From positions 160,001 to 224,000 of the forward strand of contig CBDUPA010000010.1 in NCBI GenBank assembly GCA_965368975.1: a stretch of 64,000 bases of DNA, given 5' to 3'. Numbering within the stretch: the first letter of the stretch is position 1; every line of letters starts with the position of its first letter. This stretch comes from an uncultured bacterium. GTDB taxonomy: Bacteria; Acidobacteriota; Thermoanaerobaculia; Multivoradales; JAHZIX01. The notes below the pieces were generated by a model. The model did not search any database and was not told the origin of the DNA. It was given only the letters and a program-made list of their open reading frames with translations. Of the stretch, positions 10,289 through 20,372 are shown in pieces. The position numbers and the translations under genes are program-made.

Positions 10289-12007
10289 ATGAAGATGACA
10301 TCTCGCTGTACTTCTACGCTCTTGATGCTGGCCGCGCTGGCCATGCTCACCCTCCCCGCCATCGCCAACGACCAAGTCATGGACGTCAAGGCCGAGGGTT
10401 CGATGCTGATCTTCACTCCGCTGATGGAGTACGAGAGCATCGAGCTGGTGGTCACCGGCCCCAAGCGCACCTTGACCCGCAACATCTACGCCAACGGCAA
10501 GCAATTCGCCTGGGACGTATTCGACCAGAGCGGCAAGGCACGCCCGGACGGTCCCTACACCTTCCAGCTGCGCGTCACCCCGATCATCGATGCCGAAGCC
10601 AAGGAGATGCTGCAGGCTGCCCGCTTCAAGGGCAACGAAGACGAGACCTTCGTCCAGCTGTGCGAGGAAGGCCGCATCCCAGATGGCCCGATCACCCAGA
10701 ACGGCTACTTCCTGATCATCAAGTCCGAGCTGGTCATGGGTGGGGAAACCGAGAAGACCGCCGCCGAGCAGCGCCAGGCGCGCAGTGAAGATGCCGACAA
10801 GGGCCTCGAGGTTTCTCCCGAAGCCGACTTCGTGATCAACGACGACCTGATCGTCGATGGCTCGGCTTGCATCGGTTTCGACTGCGTCAACGGTGAGAGC
10901 TTCGGCTTCGACACCATCCGACTCAAGGAAAACAACCTGCGCATCAAGTTCGAAGACACCTCCGTCGCCGCTTCCTTCCCGACCACCGACTGGCAGCTGA
11001 CCGCCAACGCCAGCGCCAACGGCGGCGCCAGCAAGTTCTCGATCGACGACATCAGCGGTGGTCGCACGCCGTTTACCGTCGAGGCCAACGCGCCCAGCCA
11101 CTCGCTGTACGTTGACGATGGCGGCCGCATCGGCAACGGCACCTCGACTCCGTCGGTGGAGATCCACACCGTCGACGGCGACACCCCGACCCTGCGTTTG
11201 CAGCAGGACGGGTCCTCCGGCTTCGCGCCCCAGACCTGGGACGTGGCCGGTAACGAGACCAACTTCTTCATCCGCGACGTGACCAACGGCTCGACGCTCC
11301 CCTTCCGTATCCGTCCGGGCGCGTCGACGAGTGCCATCTTCATCGACGTCGACAGCGACATCGGCTTCGGCACCGCCTCGCCGGACGAAGACCTCCACAT
11401 CGTGCGCAGCGCGGTGCCGATCGGTGTCAAGCTAGAGAACAGCGCCGATAACCGCAACTGGACCTTCAAGATGAGCGGCAGCGGTTTCGCCGTCAACGAA
11501 GATGCCGAAGCCTCGACCTTGCTGCTGCGCGACAGCGGCGAGATGCGCGTCGGTAACGATGGCGCCGAGGAATTCGTCGTGCGCTCGAACGGTGACACCG
11601 AGATCGACGGCAACCTCGATGTCGATGGCGACATCACCGCCACCGGCACGATCTCCGACCGTGACCGCAAGCAGCAGATCGTCAACGTTGACGGCGCCGA
11701 CGTGCTGTCCAAGGTGCTGGCCCTGCCGGTCTCCACGTGGGTCTACAACCACCAGACCGAGGTTCGCCACATCGGCCCGATGGCGCAGGACTTCCACGCC
11801 GCCTTCGGTCTCGGTACCGAGCGTTCGATCGGCCTGACCGACCTCGGCGGCCTGTCGCTGGCTGCGATCCAGGAACTGCACCAGCAGTTCGAGTCGCAGC
11901 TCGAGAACAAGGACGCTGAGCTCGAGCAACTTCGTACCGAGAGCGCCGAGATGCAGCAGCGCCTGGAGGCCCTCGAGGCCGCCCTGCTGGCCCTACAGCA
12001 GAACTGA
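10289..12007 (+). CDS. Secreted fibre-like protein with C-terminal S74 intramolecular chaperone domain, copy 1
   Basis: AAGGAG RBS, signal peptide, 'IGxGTxxP' repeats, 'SDRDRK' cleavage motif, 'RHIGPMAQDF', C-terminal coiled coil. Confidence 0.8.
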   Translation: MKMTSRCTSTLLMLAALAMLTLPAIANDQVMDVKAEGSMLIFTPLMEYESIELVVTGPKRTLTRNIYANGKQFAWDVFDQSGKARPDGPYTFQLRVTPIIDAEAKEMLQAARFKGNEDETFVQLCEEGRIPDGPITQNGYFLIIKSELVMGGETEKTAAEQRQARSEDADKGLEVSPEADFVINDDLIVDGSACIGFDCVNGESFGFDTIRLKENNLRIKFEDTSVAASFPTTDWQLTANASANGGASKFSIDDISGGRTPFTVEANAPSHSLYVDDGGRIGNGTSTPSVEIHTVDGDTPTLRLQQDGSSGFAPQTWDVAGNETNFFIRDVTNGSTLPFRIRPGASTSAIFIDVDSDIGFGTASPDEDLHIVRSAVPIGVKLENSADNRNWTFKMSGSGFAVNEDAEASTLLLRDSGEMRVGNDGAEEFVVRSNGDTEIDGNLDVDGDITATGTISDRDRKQQIVNVDGADVLSKVLALPVSTWVYNHQTEVRHIGPMAQDFHAAFGLGTERSIGLTDLGGLSLAAIQELHQQFESQLENKDAELEQLRTESAEMQQRLEALEAALLALQQN

Positions 12008-12055
12008 TCCGAAGCACCCGAGTTCAACTGAACTCGCGGAGAGCTTGTAAAGATC

Positions 12056-12094
12056 AAGGCCGGCCAGATCGTTGGATCTGCCGGCCTTCTCTTT
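12056..12094 (+). terminator. Intrinsic terminator after copy 1
   Basis: aaggccggccagatc-gttg-gatctgccggcctt then ctcttt. Confidence 0.65.
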
Positions 12095-12245
12095 GCCTCG
12101 GCCCCTCCTGGCAGTCAGATCTGCCACCAGTGGTGCGAAGTTCTTCTATAGCTACCCCCGGGGCGCTCGGCCCCTCCTAGCTTTCGCCGTGAGCTATCCA
12201 GCTCTCGCGGAGGAGCCATCTTGATCTATAAGGAGACCCTTTACC

Positions 12246-13967
12246 ATGCAGCTACAACCCGTCCCCTCATCGCGCCAAAGCGTCTTACCCCTGACTCTCT
12301 GCGCTCTTCTCGCGCTGGCGATCTTCGCCACCCCAGTCTCCGCGGCTGAAACGATCGCTGAATTCAACGCCGAGGGCTCCATGCTGATCTTCGAGCCGGC
12401 AATGGAGTACGAAAGCGTCACGCTCAGCGTACGCGGCCCCAAGCTCACATTCACCGAAGACGCCTACGCCAGCGGTAAGAGCTTCGCCTGGGATGCCTTC
12501 GATGCCGAAGGTCGTGCACGGCCTGACGGCGCCTATACCTTCGAACTCCGCGTCACCCCGATCATCGACCCCGAAGCCAAGGACATGCTCGCTGACGCCC
12601 GAGCCAAGGGAAACGAAGCGGAGGTCTTCGTGGCCCTGTGCGAGGAAGGCCGCGTGCCGGAAGGCCCCATCACCCAGAACGGGTACTTCCAGCTCAGCCG
12701 CGGCAACGTGATTCTCAGCTTCGATACCGAGAAGAACAGTGACCTGGACGATCCCCAAAGCCGCGTCGATCGCGAGGCCCGGCAAGGTATCACGGACTCA
12801 CCCGACAAGCAGTTGATCACTGGCGACCTGACGGTGCGCAACAGCCTGTGCATCGGCTTCGACTGCCTACACCCCGAGAGCTTCAGTTTCGACACCGTAC
12901 GCCTGAAGGAGAACAACCTGCGTATCCACTTCGACGATACGTCCACCGTAGGCTCCTTCCCCAGGACTGACTGGCGCATCCAGATCAACGACAGCGCCAA
13001 TGGCGGCGGCTCTTACTTCGGAGTCGTCGACGCCTCGGCAAACCGGCGCTCGTTCTCCATCGAGGCCAACGCTCCGTCCCACTCGCTGTACGTCGACGAC
13101 GGCGGCCGCCTCGGTCTTGGCACCTCGACACCAGTGGTCGACATCCACGCCGTGTCCGGCAATACGCCAACCTTGCGCCTGGAGCAGAACGGTTCGTCCG
13201 GGTTCGCACCGCAAACCTGGGACGTGGCGGGTAACGAAACCAGTTTCTTCATTCGCGACGCCACCAACGGCTCAACGCTGCCTTTCCGCATCCGCCCAGG
13301 CGCTGGTAGCCAGTCCCTGGTCATCGACCAGGATGGAGACATCGGCGTCGGCACTCTGTCGCCCAGCGAGGACATCCACGTCCGGCGTAGCGGCGTACCG
13401 ATCGGCGTCAAGCTAGAGAACAGCGCCGATGGACGAGACTGGTCATTCAAACTCAGCGGCAGCGGCTTTGCCATCAACGAGGAGGCCGAAGCCTCGACGC
13501 TGCTGCTGCGCGACAGTGGCGAGATGCGGGTTGGCAACAACGGCGCCGAAGAATTCGTGGTGCGTGCCAACGGCGACACGGAGATCGACGGCAACCTGGA
13601 TGTCGATGGTGACATCACCGCCACCGGTACCATCTCCGACCGCAACCGCAAGCAGCAGATCGTCGAGGTCGATGGTGCCGACGTACTGGCCAAGGTGCTG
13701 GCCCTGCCCGTATCCACCTGGGTCTACAACCACCAAACCGAAGTCCGCCACATCGGCCCGATGGCCCAGGACTTCCACGCCGCCTTCGGACTCGGCACCG
13801 AGCGCTCGATCGGCCTGACCGATCTCGGTGGCCTGTCCCTGGCCGCGATCCAGGAGCTGAACGAGCAGTTCGAGCAGAGGCTCGAAGCCAAGGACGCACA
13901 GATCGACGAGATGCAGCAGCGCCTCGAAGTGCTGGAAGCGGCCTTGCTGCAACTACAACAACAGTAA
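12246..13967 (+). CDS. Secreted fibre-like protein with S74 chaperone domain, copy 2
   Basis: Paralog of copy 1; signal peptide; 'SDRNRK', 'RHIGPMAQDF'. Confidence 0.8.
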   Translation: MQLQPVPSSRQSVLPLTLCALLALAIFATPVSAAETIAEFNAEGSMLIFEPAMEYESVTLSVRGPKLTFTEDAYASGKSFAWDAFDAEGRARPDGAYTFELRVTPIIDPEAKDMLADARAKGNEAEVFVALCEEGRVPEGPITQNGYFQLSRGNVILSFDTEKNSDLDDPQSRVDREARQGITDSPDKQLITGDLTVRNSLCIGFDCLHPESFSFDTVRLKENNLRIHFDDTSTVGSFPRTDWRIQINDSANGGGSYFGVVDASANRRSFSIEANAPSHSLYVDDGGRLGLGTSTPVVDIHAVSGNTPTLRLEQNGSSGFAPQTWDVAGNETSFFIRDATNGSTLPFRIRPGAGSQSLVIDQDGDIGVGTLSPSEDIHVRRSGVPIGVKLENSADGRDWSFKLSGSGFAINEEAEASTLLLRDSGEMRVGNNGAEEFVVRANGDTEIDGNLDVDGDITATGTISDRNRKQQIVEVDGADVLAKVLALPVSTWVYNHQTEVRHIGPMAQDFHAAFGLGTERSIGLTDLGGLSLAAIQELNEQFEQRLEAKDAQIDEMQQRLEVLEAALLQLQQQ

Positions 13968-14008
13968 GGAAACTCATCCTTCCACACGGCGGCGAAAGCC
14001 GTACGAGC

Positions 14009-14045
14009 AAGGCCGGCTCGATCTTCGGATCCAGCCGGCTTTTTC
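14009..14045 (+). terminator. Intrinsic terminator after copy 2
   Basis: ggccggctcgatc-ttcg-gatccagccggc then ttttt. Confidence 0.7.
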
Positions 14046-14137
14046 TTGGCTCGTCGGCTGTCAGAGCTGTGACCTCAGGAGCGAACTCCAAGCGTCTGTA
14101 CATCTCTCTACACCTCACCTCAATGGAGGATCTTCCT

Positions 14138-15907
14138 ATGCAGCCGACTTGTTTCCGTACCTGGCAGCGCACCTGCACGCCCCTGCTGGCGCTCGCCCTC
14201 GCCGTACTCCCCTGGGCCACGTCTCCTGCCCTCGCCGACGACGATGTGGCCCGCGTCACCGCCGAGAGTTCCGTACTGGTCTTCGAGCCAAGCATGAGCT
14301 ACGACAGCGTCGTGCTCAGCGTCAGTGGCCCCAAACTCACCCGCACCGAGACTATGGTCGCCGGCGGCAAGGGCTTCATCTGGGACGTCTTCGACACCCA
14401 GGGCCAGCCCCGCCCCGATGGCATCTACACCTATGAACTCCGCGTCAATCCCGTGATCGACGCGGAAGCACGCAACATGCTCGCCGACGCCCGCGTCAAG
14501 GGCAACGAGGAAGAGGTCTTCCTGGCTCTCTGTGCTGAAGGACGCGTGCCCGACGGTGCCATCTCGCAGAGCGGCTATTTCCTGGTCTCCAAGAGCGCAA
14601 TCGTGCTCGACGCCGAGAGCGAGGAAAAGAGCGCCGATGCCGACAGCAACGACGAACGAATCGCTCGCGGTGATGCCGGCTTCGAGACCTCACCCGCGAA
14701 CCCAGACAAGCAGCTGATCACGGGTGATTTGACTGTGCGCCACAGCCTGTGCGTGGGCACTGACTGCCTGCATCCCGAGGCCTTCGGTTTCGACACCGTG
14801 CGCCTCAAAGAGAACAATCTGCGTATCCACTTCGACGATACGTCCGCCAACAACTTCCCGAGCAACGACTGGCGTGTTCAGATCAATGATAGTGCCAACG
14901 GTGGCGGCTCCTACTACTCGGTGGTCGACGCCACCGCCGGTCGTCGCAACTTCACCATCGAGGCCGGCGCTCCCAGCCACGCCCTCTACGTAGACAGCAG
15001 CGGCGACGCGGGCTTCGGCACCTCGACACCGGTCGTGGATCTCCACGTCGTCGACGGCGATTCGCCGACGCTGCGCTTGGAGCAGAACGCCTCGTCCGGC
15101 TTCCAGCCGCAAACCTGGGACCTGGCCGGGAACGAGACCAGCTTCTTCATTCGCGACGCCACCAACGGCTCGACCCTGCCCTTCCGGATTCGGCCGGGCG
15201 CGGCCAGCCAGGCCTTGGTCATCGATACCGACAGCGACATCGGCCTCGGAACCCTGTCTCCCAGCGAAGACCTCCACATCGTGCGCAGCGCGGTGCCAAT
15301 CGGCGTCAAGCTGGAAAACAGTGCCGATGGCCGAGACTGGTCTTTCAAGCTCAGCGGCAGCGGCTTCGCGATCAACGAAGAGGCTGAAGCTTCCACCCTG
15401 CTTCTGCGGGATAGTGGTGAGATGCGCGTCGGCAACAACGGCGCCGAGGAGTTCGTGGTGCGCGCCAATGGCGACACCGAAATCGATGGCGACCTCGATG
15501 TCGACGGCAACATCTCGGCCACCGGCATGATCTCCGACCGCCACCGCAAGGCCGAGTTCGCCGAAGTCGACGGCAGCGAAGTCCTGGAGCAGGTGCTGGC
15601 TCTGCCGGTCACCACCTGGATCTACAAGGATCGCGAGGGTGTACGCCACATCGGCCCGATGGCGCAGGATCTCCACGCTACTTTCGGACTGGGCACTGAG
15701 GAATCGATCGGCCTGGGCGACTTGGGCGGCCTGTCGCTAGCGGCGATCCAGCAGCTCCATCGCGACTTCGAGCGCCAGCTCGAGAACAAGGACCAAGAAC
15801 TCCAGCAGCTGCGCGCCGAGAGCGACCAGCTGCGGGCCGAGAGCACCGCCATGCAGACGCGTCTGGCAGCGCTCGAGGCAGCTCTGCTGTCTCTGCAGCA
15901 GAACTGA
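14138..15907 (+). CDS. Secreted fibre-like protein with S74 chaperone domain, copy 3
   Basis: GGAGGA RBS; signal peptide; 'SDRHRK', 'RHIGPMAQDL'. Confidence 0.8.
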   Translation: MQPTCFRTWQRTCTPLLALALAVLPWATSPALADDDVARVTAESSVLVFEPSMSYDSVVLSVSGPKLTRTETMVAGGKGFIWDVFDTQGQPRPDGIYTYELRVNPVIDAEARNMLADARVKGNEEEVFLALCAEGRVPDGAISQSGYFLVSKSAIVLDAESEEKSADADSNDERIARGDAGFETSPANPDKQLITGDLTVRHSLCVGTDCLHPEAFGFDTVRLKENNLRIHFDDTSANNFPSNDWRVQINDSANGGGSYYSVVDATAGRRNFTIEAGAPSHALYVDSSGDAGFGTSTPVVDLHVVDGDSPTLRLEQNASSGFQPQTWDLAGNETSFFIRDATNGSTLPFRIRPGAASQALVIDTDSDIGLGTLSPSEDLHIVRSAVPIGVKLENSADGRDWSFKLSGSGFAINEEAEASTLLLRDSGEMRVGNNGAEEFVVRANGDTEIDGDLDVDGNISATGMISDRHRKAEFAEVDGSEVLEQVLALPVTTWIYKDREGVRHIGPMAQDLHATFGLGTEESIGLGDLGGLSLAAIQQLHRDFERQLENKDQELQQLRAESDQLRAESTAMQTRLAALEAALLSLQQN

Positions 15908-15955
15908 TCCACCCTACCTACCCGGGCACGGGCCTGGCTCGTGCACCGTCCCCTA

Positions 15956-15983
15956 GGCCGGGAGACCTTCGGGTCTTCCGGCC
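15956..15983. terminator. Hairpin between copy 3 and convergent glgC
   Basis: ggccgggagacc-ttcg-ggtcttccggcc. Confidence 0.6.
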
Positions 15984-16026
15984 CCTCCTTCCCTCTGATA
16001 CCTCGGGCGGGCTCAGAGCACGGGCG

Positions 16027-17295
16027 TCAGAGCACCGTCCCCGGTGGCACGACCGCCGCCCGCGGAATGACGATGACACCACCGCGGATGGCGTAGAAAT
16101 CGCCGTCCTCATCCTCCACCCCACGGTGGTTGACCAGCTCGCAGCCGTCTCCAATGCGGGCGTTGGTGTCAATGATGGCACCTTCGATCCTACAGCCGCG
16201 CCCGACGCCGACCGGCACGTCGCTGTCGGCGTGCTCGGCGTAAATGTCGTAGGAGTTGGCCCCCATCATCACCGTTCGCTGGAGCACCGAGCCCTCGCGG
16301 ATGCGCGAGCGAATCCCGATCACGCTCTCGTCGATACGACGGCCGGTAATGACACTGCCCTCGCACAGCACCGAGTGGTTGACTTCACAATGCTGCAGCT
16401 TGGTGCCGGGCAGGAAGCGGGGATGCGTAAAGATCGGGTGCAGGGCATCATAGAGGTTGAGCGGCGGCAGTGGCGCCGCCAGTTCCAAGTTCGCGTGGTG
16501 GAATGCCGGGATGGTTCCGATGTCGCGCCAGTAGCCAGTATAGCCGTAGGCGAAGACCCGGTAATCGTGGATCGCCCGCGGGATCACTTCCTTGCCGAAG
16601 TCAGTGGCGTCCGTACCGCGCAGCGACTCCTGCAGCGGCTCGGTATCGAAGATGTAGATCCCCATGCTAGCCAGCAACGAGGGCTCCTCGACCTCGTAGC
16701 CGAGACGCGCCAGTGCGTCCGGCTCCAGGGTCAGGGCATCCAGAACCTCGGGCTCCGTGGGTTTCTCGACGAACTCGATGATGCGACCGTCGGCCGCGAC
16801 CTTCATGATGCCGAGACCCGACGCTTCGGCGCGGCTCACGGGCTTGACGGCGATACTGATCTCGGCCTGGCGCTGCCGGTGCAAGTCGAGAAACTCGCGC
16901 AGGTCCATCGAGTACAGCTGGTCGCCGGAAAGCACCATCACTTGCTTGGCGTGCCAGTAGGTCAGGCGGTCCAGGTTCTGGCGCACGGCATCGGCAGTGC
17001 CCTGGTACCAATCGGTGCTGTCGAGGGTCTGCTCCGCCGCCAGAATATTGACGAAACCCTCGCGGAAGTGGTCGAAGCGGAAGGTCTGTGCGATGTGCCG
17101 GTGCAGACTCGCGCTGTTGAACTGGGTCAAGACGTAGATACGGTCGATGTTGGCGTGCAGGCTGTTGCTGATCGGGATGTCGATCAGCCGGAACTTGCCC
17201 CCCACGGGCACCGAGGGCTTGGCCCGCTCGCGGGTCAACGGCCACAACCGGGTCCCCTGACCACCACCCAAGACAGCTGTCACTACGTCATTCAT
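16027..17295 (-). CDS. glgC: Glucose-1-phosphate adenylyltransferase
   Basis: LGGGQGTRLWPLT..RAKPSVP, TQFNSASL, WYQGTADAV, LSGDQLY, FVEKP, ASMGIY, DFGKEVIP, YWRDIGT. Confidence 0.95.
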   Translation of the reverse strand: MNDVVTAVLGGGQGTRLWPLTRERAKPSVPVGGKFRLIDIPISNSLHANIDRIYVLTQFNSASLHRHIAQTFRFDHFREGFVNILAAEQTLDSTDWYQGTADAVRQNLDRLTYWHAKQVMVLSGDQLYSMDLREFLDLHRQRQAEISIAVKPVSRAEASGLGIMKVAADGRIIEFVEKPTEPEVLDALTLEPDALARLGYEVEEPSLLASMGIYIFDTEPLQESLRGTDATDFGKEVIPRAIHDYRVFAYGYTGYWRDIGTIPAFHHANLELAAPLPPLNLYDALHPIFTHPRFLPGTKLQHCEVNHSVLCEGSVITGRRIDESVIGIRSRIREGSVLQRTVMMGANSYDIYAEHADSDVPVGVGRGCRIEGAIIDTNARIGDGCELVNHRGVEDEDGDFYAIRGGVIVIPRAAVVPPGTVL

Positions 17296-17484
17296 ACCGT
17301 GCCGTCCCCCTCTGATCATGCCCACCTGCTCTCTGCCTCGCCGTTTATCTGTCCTTCTCTCGGCGCCGCCCTCTGTCGCTGCCGATCACGGTGTCGCTGC
17401 CACTACATGCCCCCGATCATACCGACTCTCGTGCCACCTGGGGACGCTTCCGCAACCACCCCCCTCAGCAAGACCGCTCCCTCT

Positions 17485-18486
17485 TCATGGATTCTTACCG
17501 CACAGGCTCCACGCCAGACCCAGCAGCGCCGGCGTCGGGTGCACGACGAGACGCACCGGCACGGATTCCAGGTAGCCGCGAAAACGCCCCTTGTCGGCGT
17601 AGCGCGTCCAGAACAGGTCTCGCCGGAAAGCCGCGCCCATGTGTGGCAGGACACCACCTCCAACGAACAAACCACCGCGTGCACCGAGTGTCAGCACTAG
17701 GTCACCGGCCACCGCGCCGAGCAGAGAGGCGAACACCTCGACCGCCTCGCGTGCCTGTTCCGACAAGCGGCTCCGCAGGGTCACCTCCACCGGCCGCATC
17801 GCCTCGGGCGCCGTGCCGTCGAGGTCGCAGATGGCCCGGTACAGACGGACCAGACCGGGGCCGGAGAGCACCCTCTCCGCCGAAACGGTGCCAAACTCCC
17901 GACGCAGCACCCCCAGGATCCGCCACTCGCGCTCACTGCCCGCCGCCAGATCGCGGTGACCGCCTTCGCTGGCCAGCGGCAACCAACCACCGGAACCATC
18001 AGGCACCAAGCCGGACACACCCAGGCCGGTACCCGGCCCCAACAGTGCAATCGGCGCCGCCGGCTCGGCGCTGACTTCGGCCTCTGGCGGACTGAGCAGC
18101 GTCGTCTCATTGTCTCTCAAGAGTGGCAAGGACAGCGCCAGGGCAGTGAAGTCGTTGATCACGACCAAGCGCTGCAGTTCCAAACAACGCTGCAACGCCG
18201 AGATCGAGAAACTCCAGCTCGGGCGGTTGGTGAGTGCGACCTCATCACCAAGGATCGGGGTTGCCAGCGCCACGGCCGCGCGCGTCGGCGGCTCGGTCAG
18301 GGTCAGGCTGGCGAGATAAGCCTTGGCGGCATCGGTCAAGCTCGCATAGTCGTCACAGCTCAGGATGCGTTGGGCGTGCAGCCGGCCATCGCGCGTCACC
18401 ACCGCGAAACGCGCGTTACTAGCTCCAACGTCCGCCACCCACCACCGAGGTTCTTCTGGCGCCGGTTCACGGAGCCCAGTAGACAC
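17485..18486 (-). CDS. glk: Glucokinase
   Basis: VADVGASNARF, INDFTA, GPGTGLG, SEGGH, SAERVLSGPGL, GGLFVGGG. Confidence 0.92.
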   Translation of the reverse strand: MSTGLREPAPEEPRWWVADVGASNARFAVVTRDGRLHAQRILSCDDYASLTDAAKAYLASLTLTEPPTRAAVALATPILGDEVALTNRPSWSFSISALQRCLELQRLVVINDFTALALSLPLLRDNETTLLSPPEAEVSAEPAAPIALLGPGTGLGVSGLVPDGSGGWLPLASEGGHRDLAAGSEREWRILGVLRREFGTVSAERVLSGPGLVRLYRAICDLDGTAPEAMRPVEVTLRSRLSEQAREAVEVFASLLGAVAGDLVLTLGARGGLFVGGGVLPHMGAAFRRDLFWTRYADKGRFRGYLESVPVRLVVHPTPALLGLAWSLCGKNP

Positions 18487-19177
18487 GGACGGTCACCTCT
18501 GGATCGTGCAGCAGCGCACGGATCGGGCGCTCCTCGACCGAGCCACGTCCGAGTGCCTGATGGTACGAGTACCACTTCTCCTGACCGAGGATCAGCAGAT
18601 ACACACGGCGGGCTGCACGAAGAGCTGGCAGGGTCAAGCTGATACGAGCCGCCGGCTGATCCGGCGGGTGTACGGGATGGCACAGGTGGCCACTCTCCAG
18701 ATCCATGGCCGCCGACAGTTCCGGTGCCCCGGGAAACAGCGACGCGATGTGACCGTCGTTGCCCATACCCAGCACCGCAACATCGAACGGCTGCGGAATC
18801 TGTGCCAGGCGAGCCTCACAGGCTGACCACCCGTCCTCGGGCGTCGCACCGGGCGTCTTGAGCCCCACGAACTTGCTCCGCGCCGCCTCATGAATCAAGA
18901 AGCGTCGCGCCGCCAAACCTTCGTGGCTCTCGGGATCGTCGACCGGCAGCCACCATTCGTCAGACAGGGTGACCCAGATCATCTCCCAGCTCATCATTTT
19001 GTGACTCAGCACCTCGAACAAGGGCGCCGGCGTCGAACCGCCGGGTAACACCAGGCTGCCGCACCCGCGCTCGACGATCGCCAGATCGAGCTGGTCGATG
19101 ATGTCGACCGCCAGATCACGGAACAAGAATCGGTGCTCCTCGTAGCGCTGCTCGATGATCATGATCGGCGCGAGCAT
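18467..19177 (-). CDS. pgl: 6-phosphogluconolactonase
   Basis: LPGGSTP, SDEWW, LGMGNDGHIASLFP, RISLT. Confidence 0.9.
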   Translation of the reverse strand: MLAPIMIIEQRYEEHRFLFRDLAVDIIDQLDLAIVERGCGSLVLPGGSTPAPLFEVLSHKMMSWEMIWVTLSDEWWLPVDDPESHEGLAARRFLIHEAARSKFVGLKTPGATPEDGWSACEARLAQIPQPFDVAVLGMGNDGHIASLFPGAPELSAAMDLESGHLCHPVHPPDQPAARISLTLPALRAARRVYLLILGQEKWYSYHQALGRGSVEERPIRALLHDPEVTVRVYWAP

Positions 19178-19283
19178 ACCTTAGATCGTCGTTCGAGTAG
19201 CGCTGCTGCGAAGACGTAGCCGACGCTCCCGCACACGTCGGGCTCCACTTGGGCGCCGACACGGGGCAGGATAGACTGAAGGC

Positions 19284-20372
19284 ATGGAAGGTCACCCTCT
19301 CCGAGAGCTCACTGTCCGTGGCTTCAAGTCGCTGCGCGATCAGAAGATCGAATTCCACCCCTTGAACATCCTGATCGGCGCCAACGGTTCCGGCAAGTCG
19401 AACTTCATCGAAGTCTTCCGACTTTTGCATGCCCTAGAGCAGAATCGACTCCGGAGCTACACGCGCGAAGCGGGAGGCGCAGATTCGCTCTTGCACCATG
19501 GCGGCAAGGTCACCGAACAGATCGAGATCGCGGCATGGTTTGGTCCCAATGGCTACGCATGCACGCTGCAACCAGACCCGGACGATCTATTCTTCTTCTC
19601 GGAGGAAGTGACCTTCTTCCACGATACGAGTTACCTCGAGCCCTACGACAACTATCTAGGCAGCGCGCACCAAGAAAGCCGCCTCGGCACCACAGGAATC
19701 GACAAGTACATCCGCTCTTCCTTCAAGAGCTGGCAGCTCTACCACTTCCACGATGTCGGGCGCACCGCGCACGTCAAGAAGACCTGCAACGTCAACGACA
19801 ACCAGTTTCTGCGTCCGGATGCCGCCAATCTCGCGGCCTTCCTACTCGCCCTGCGCGAGAACTTCCCGGACGAATATCGCAACATCGTCGACACCATCCG
19901 CTTGGCTGCCCCCTTCTTCGACGACTTCATACTGGAACCGGTGCGGGAAAAGCCGGACACGCTGCGACTGGAGTGGCGCGAACGCGATTCCGAGAAGTAC
20001 TTCAACGCTCACGATCTCTCTGACGGTACGCTGCGCTTCATTTGCATCGCTACATTACTGATGCAGCCACGTGAGCTGCTGCCATCCATGATCTTGCTCG
20101 ACGAGCCCGAACTCGGTCTACATCCGTACGCCATCGCACTGCTCGCCGACTTACTGAGTAGTGCCTCTGAGAGTACAAGGGTCCTTGCCGCGACACAGAG
20201 CGTCAACCTGATCGACCACCTGGAGTTGGAGCACCTCATCGTGGCAGACCGCGAAGGCGGCGAGACAAGTCTCCATCGTCCGGATCCCGACTTCCTTCGC
20301 ACCTGGCTGAGCGAGTATTCGCTGGGCCAGGTATGGGAAAAGAATCTGATGGGTGGGCGACCGGGGCGATGA
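19284..20372 (+). CDS. ABC-type (AAA_21-like) ATPase
   Basis: GFKS, Walker A GANGSGKSN, signature LSDGTLR, Walker B LLDEPELGLHP, ATQS. Confidence 0.88.
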   Translation: MEGHPLRELTVRGFKSLRDQKIEFHPLNILIGANGSGKSNFIEVFRLLHALEQNRLRSYTREAGGADSLLHHGGKVTEQIEIAAWFGPNGYACTLQPDPDDLFFFSEEVTFFHDTSYLEPYDNYLGSAHQESRLGTTGIDKYIRSSFKSWQLYHFHDVGRTAHVKKTCNVNDNQFLRPDAANLAAFLLALRENFPDEYRNIVDTIRLAAPFFDDFILEPVREKPDTLRLEWRERDSEKYFNAHDLSDGTLRFICIATLLMQPRELLPSMILLDEPELGLHPYAIALLADLLSSASESTRVLAATQSVNLIDHLELEHLIVADREGGETSLHRPDPDFLRTWLSEYSLGQVWEKNLMGGRPGR

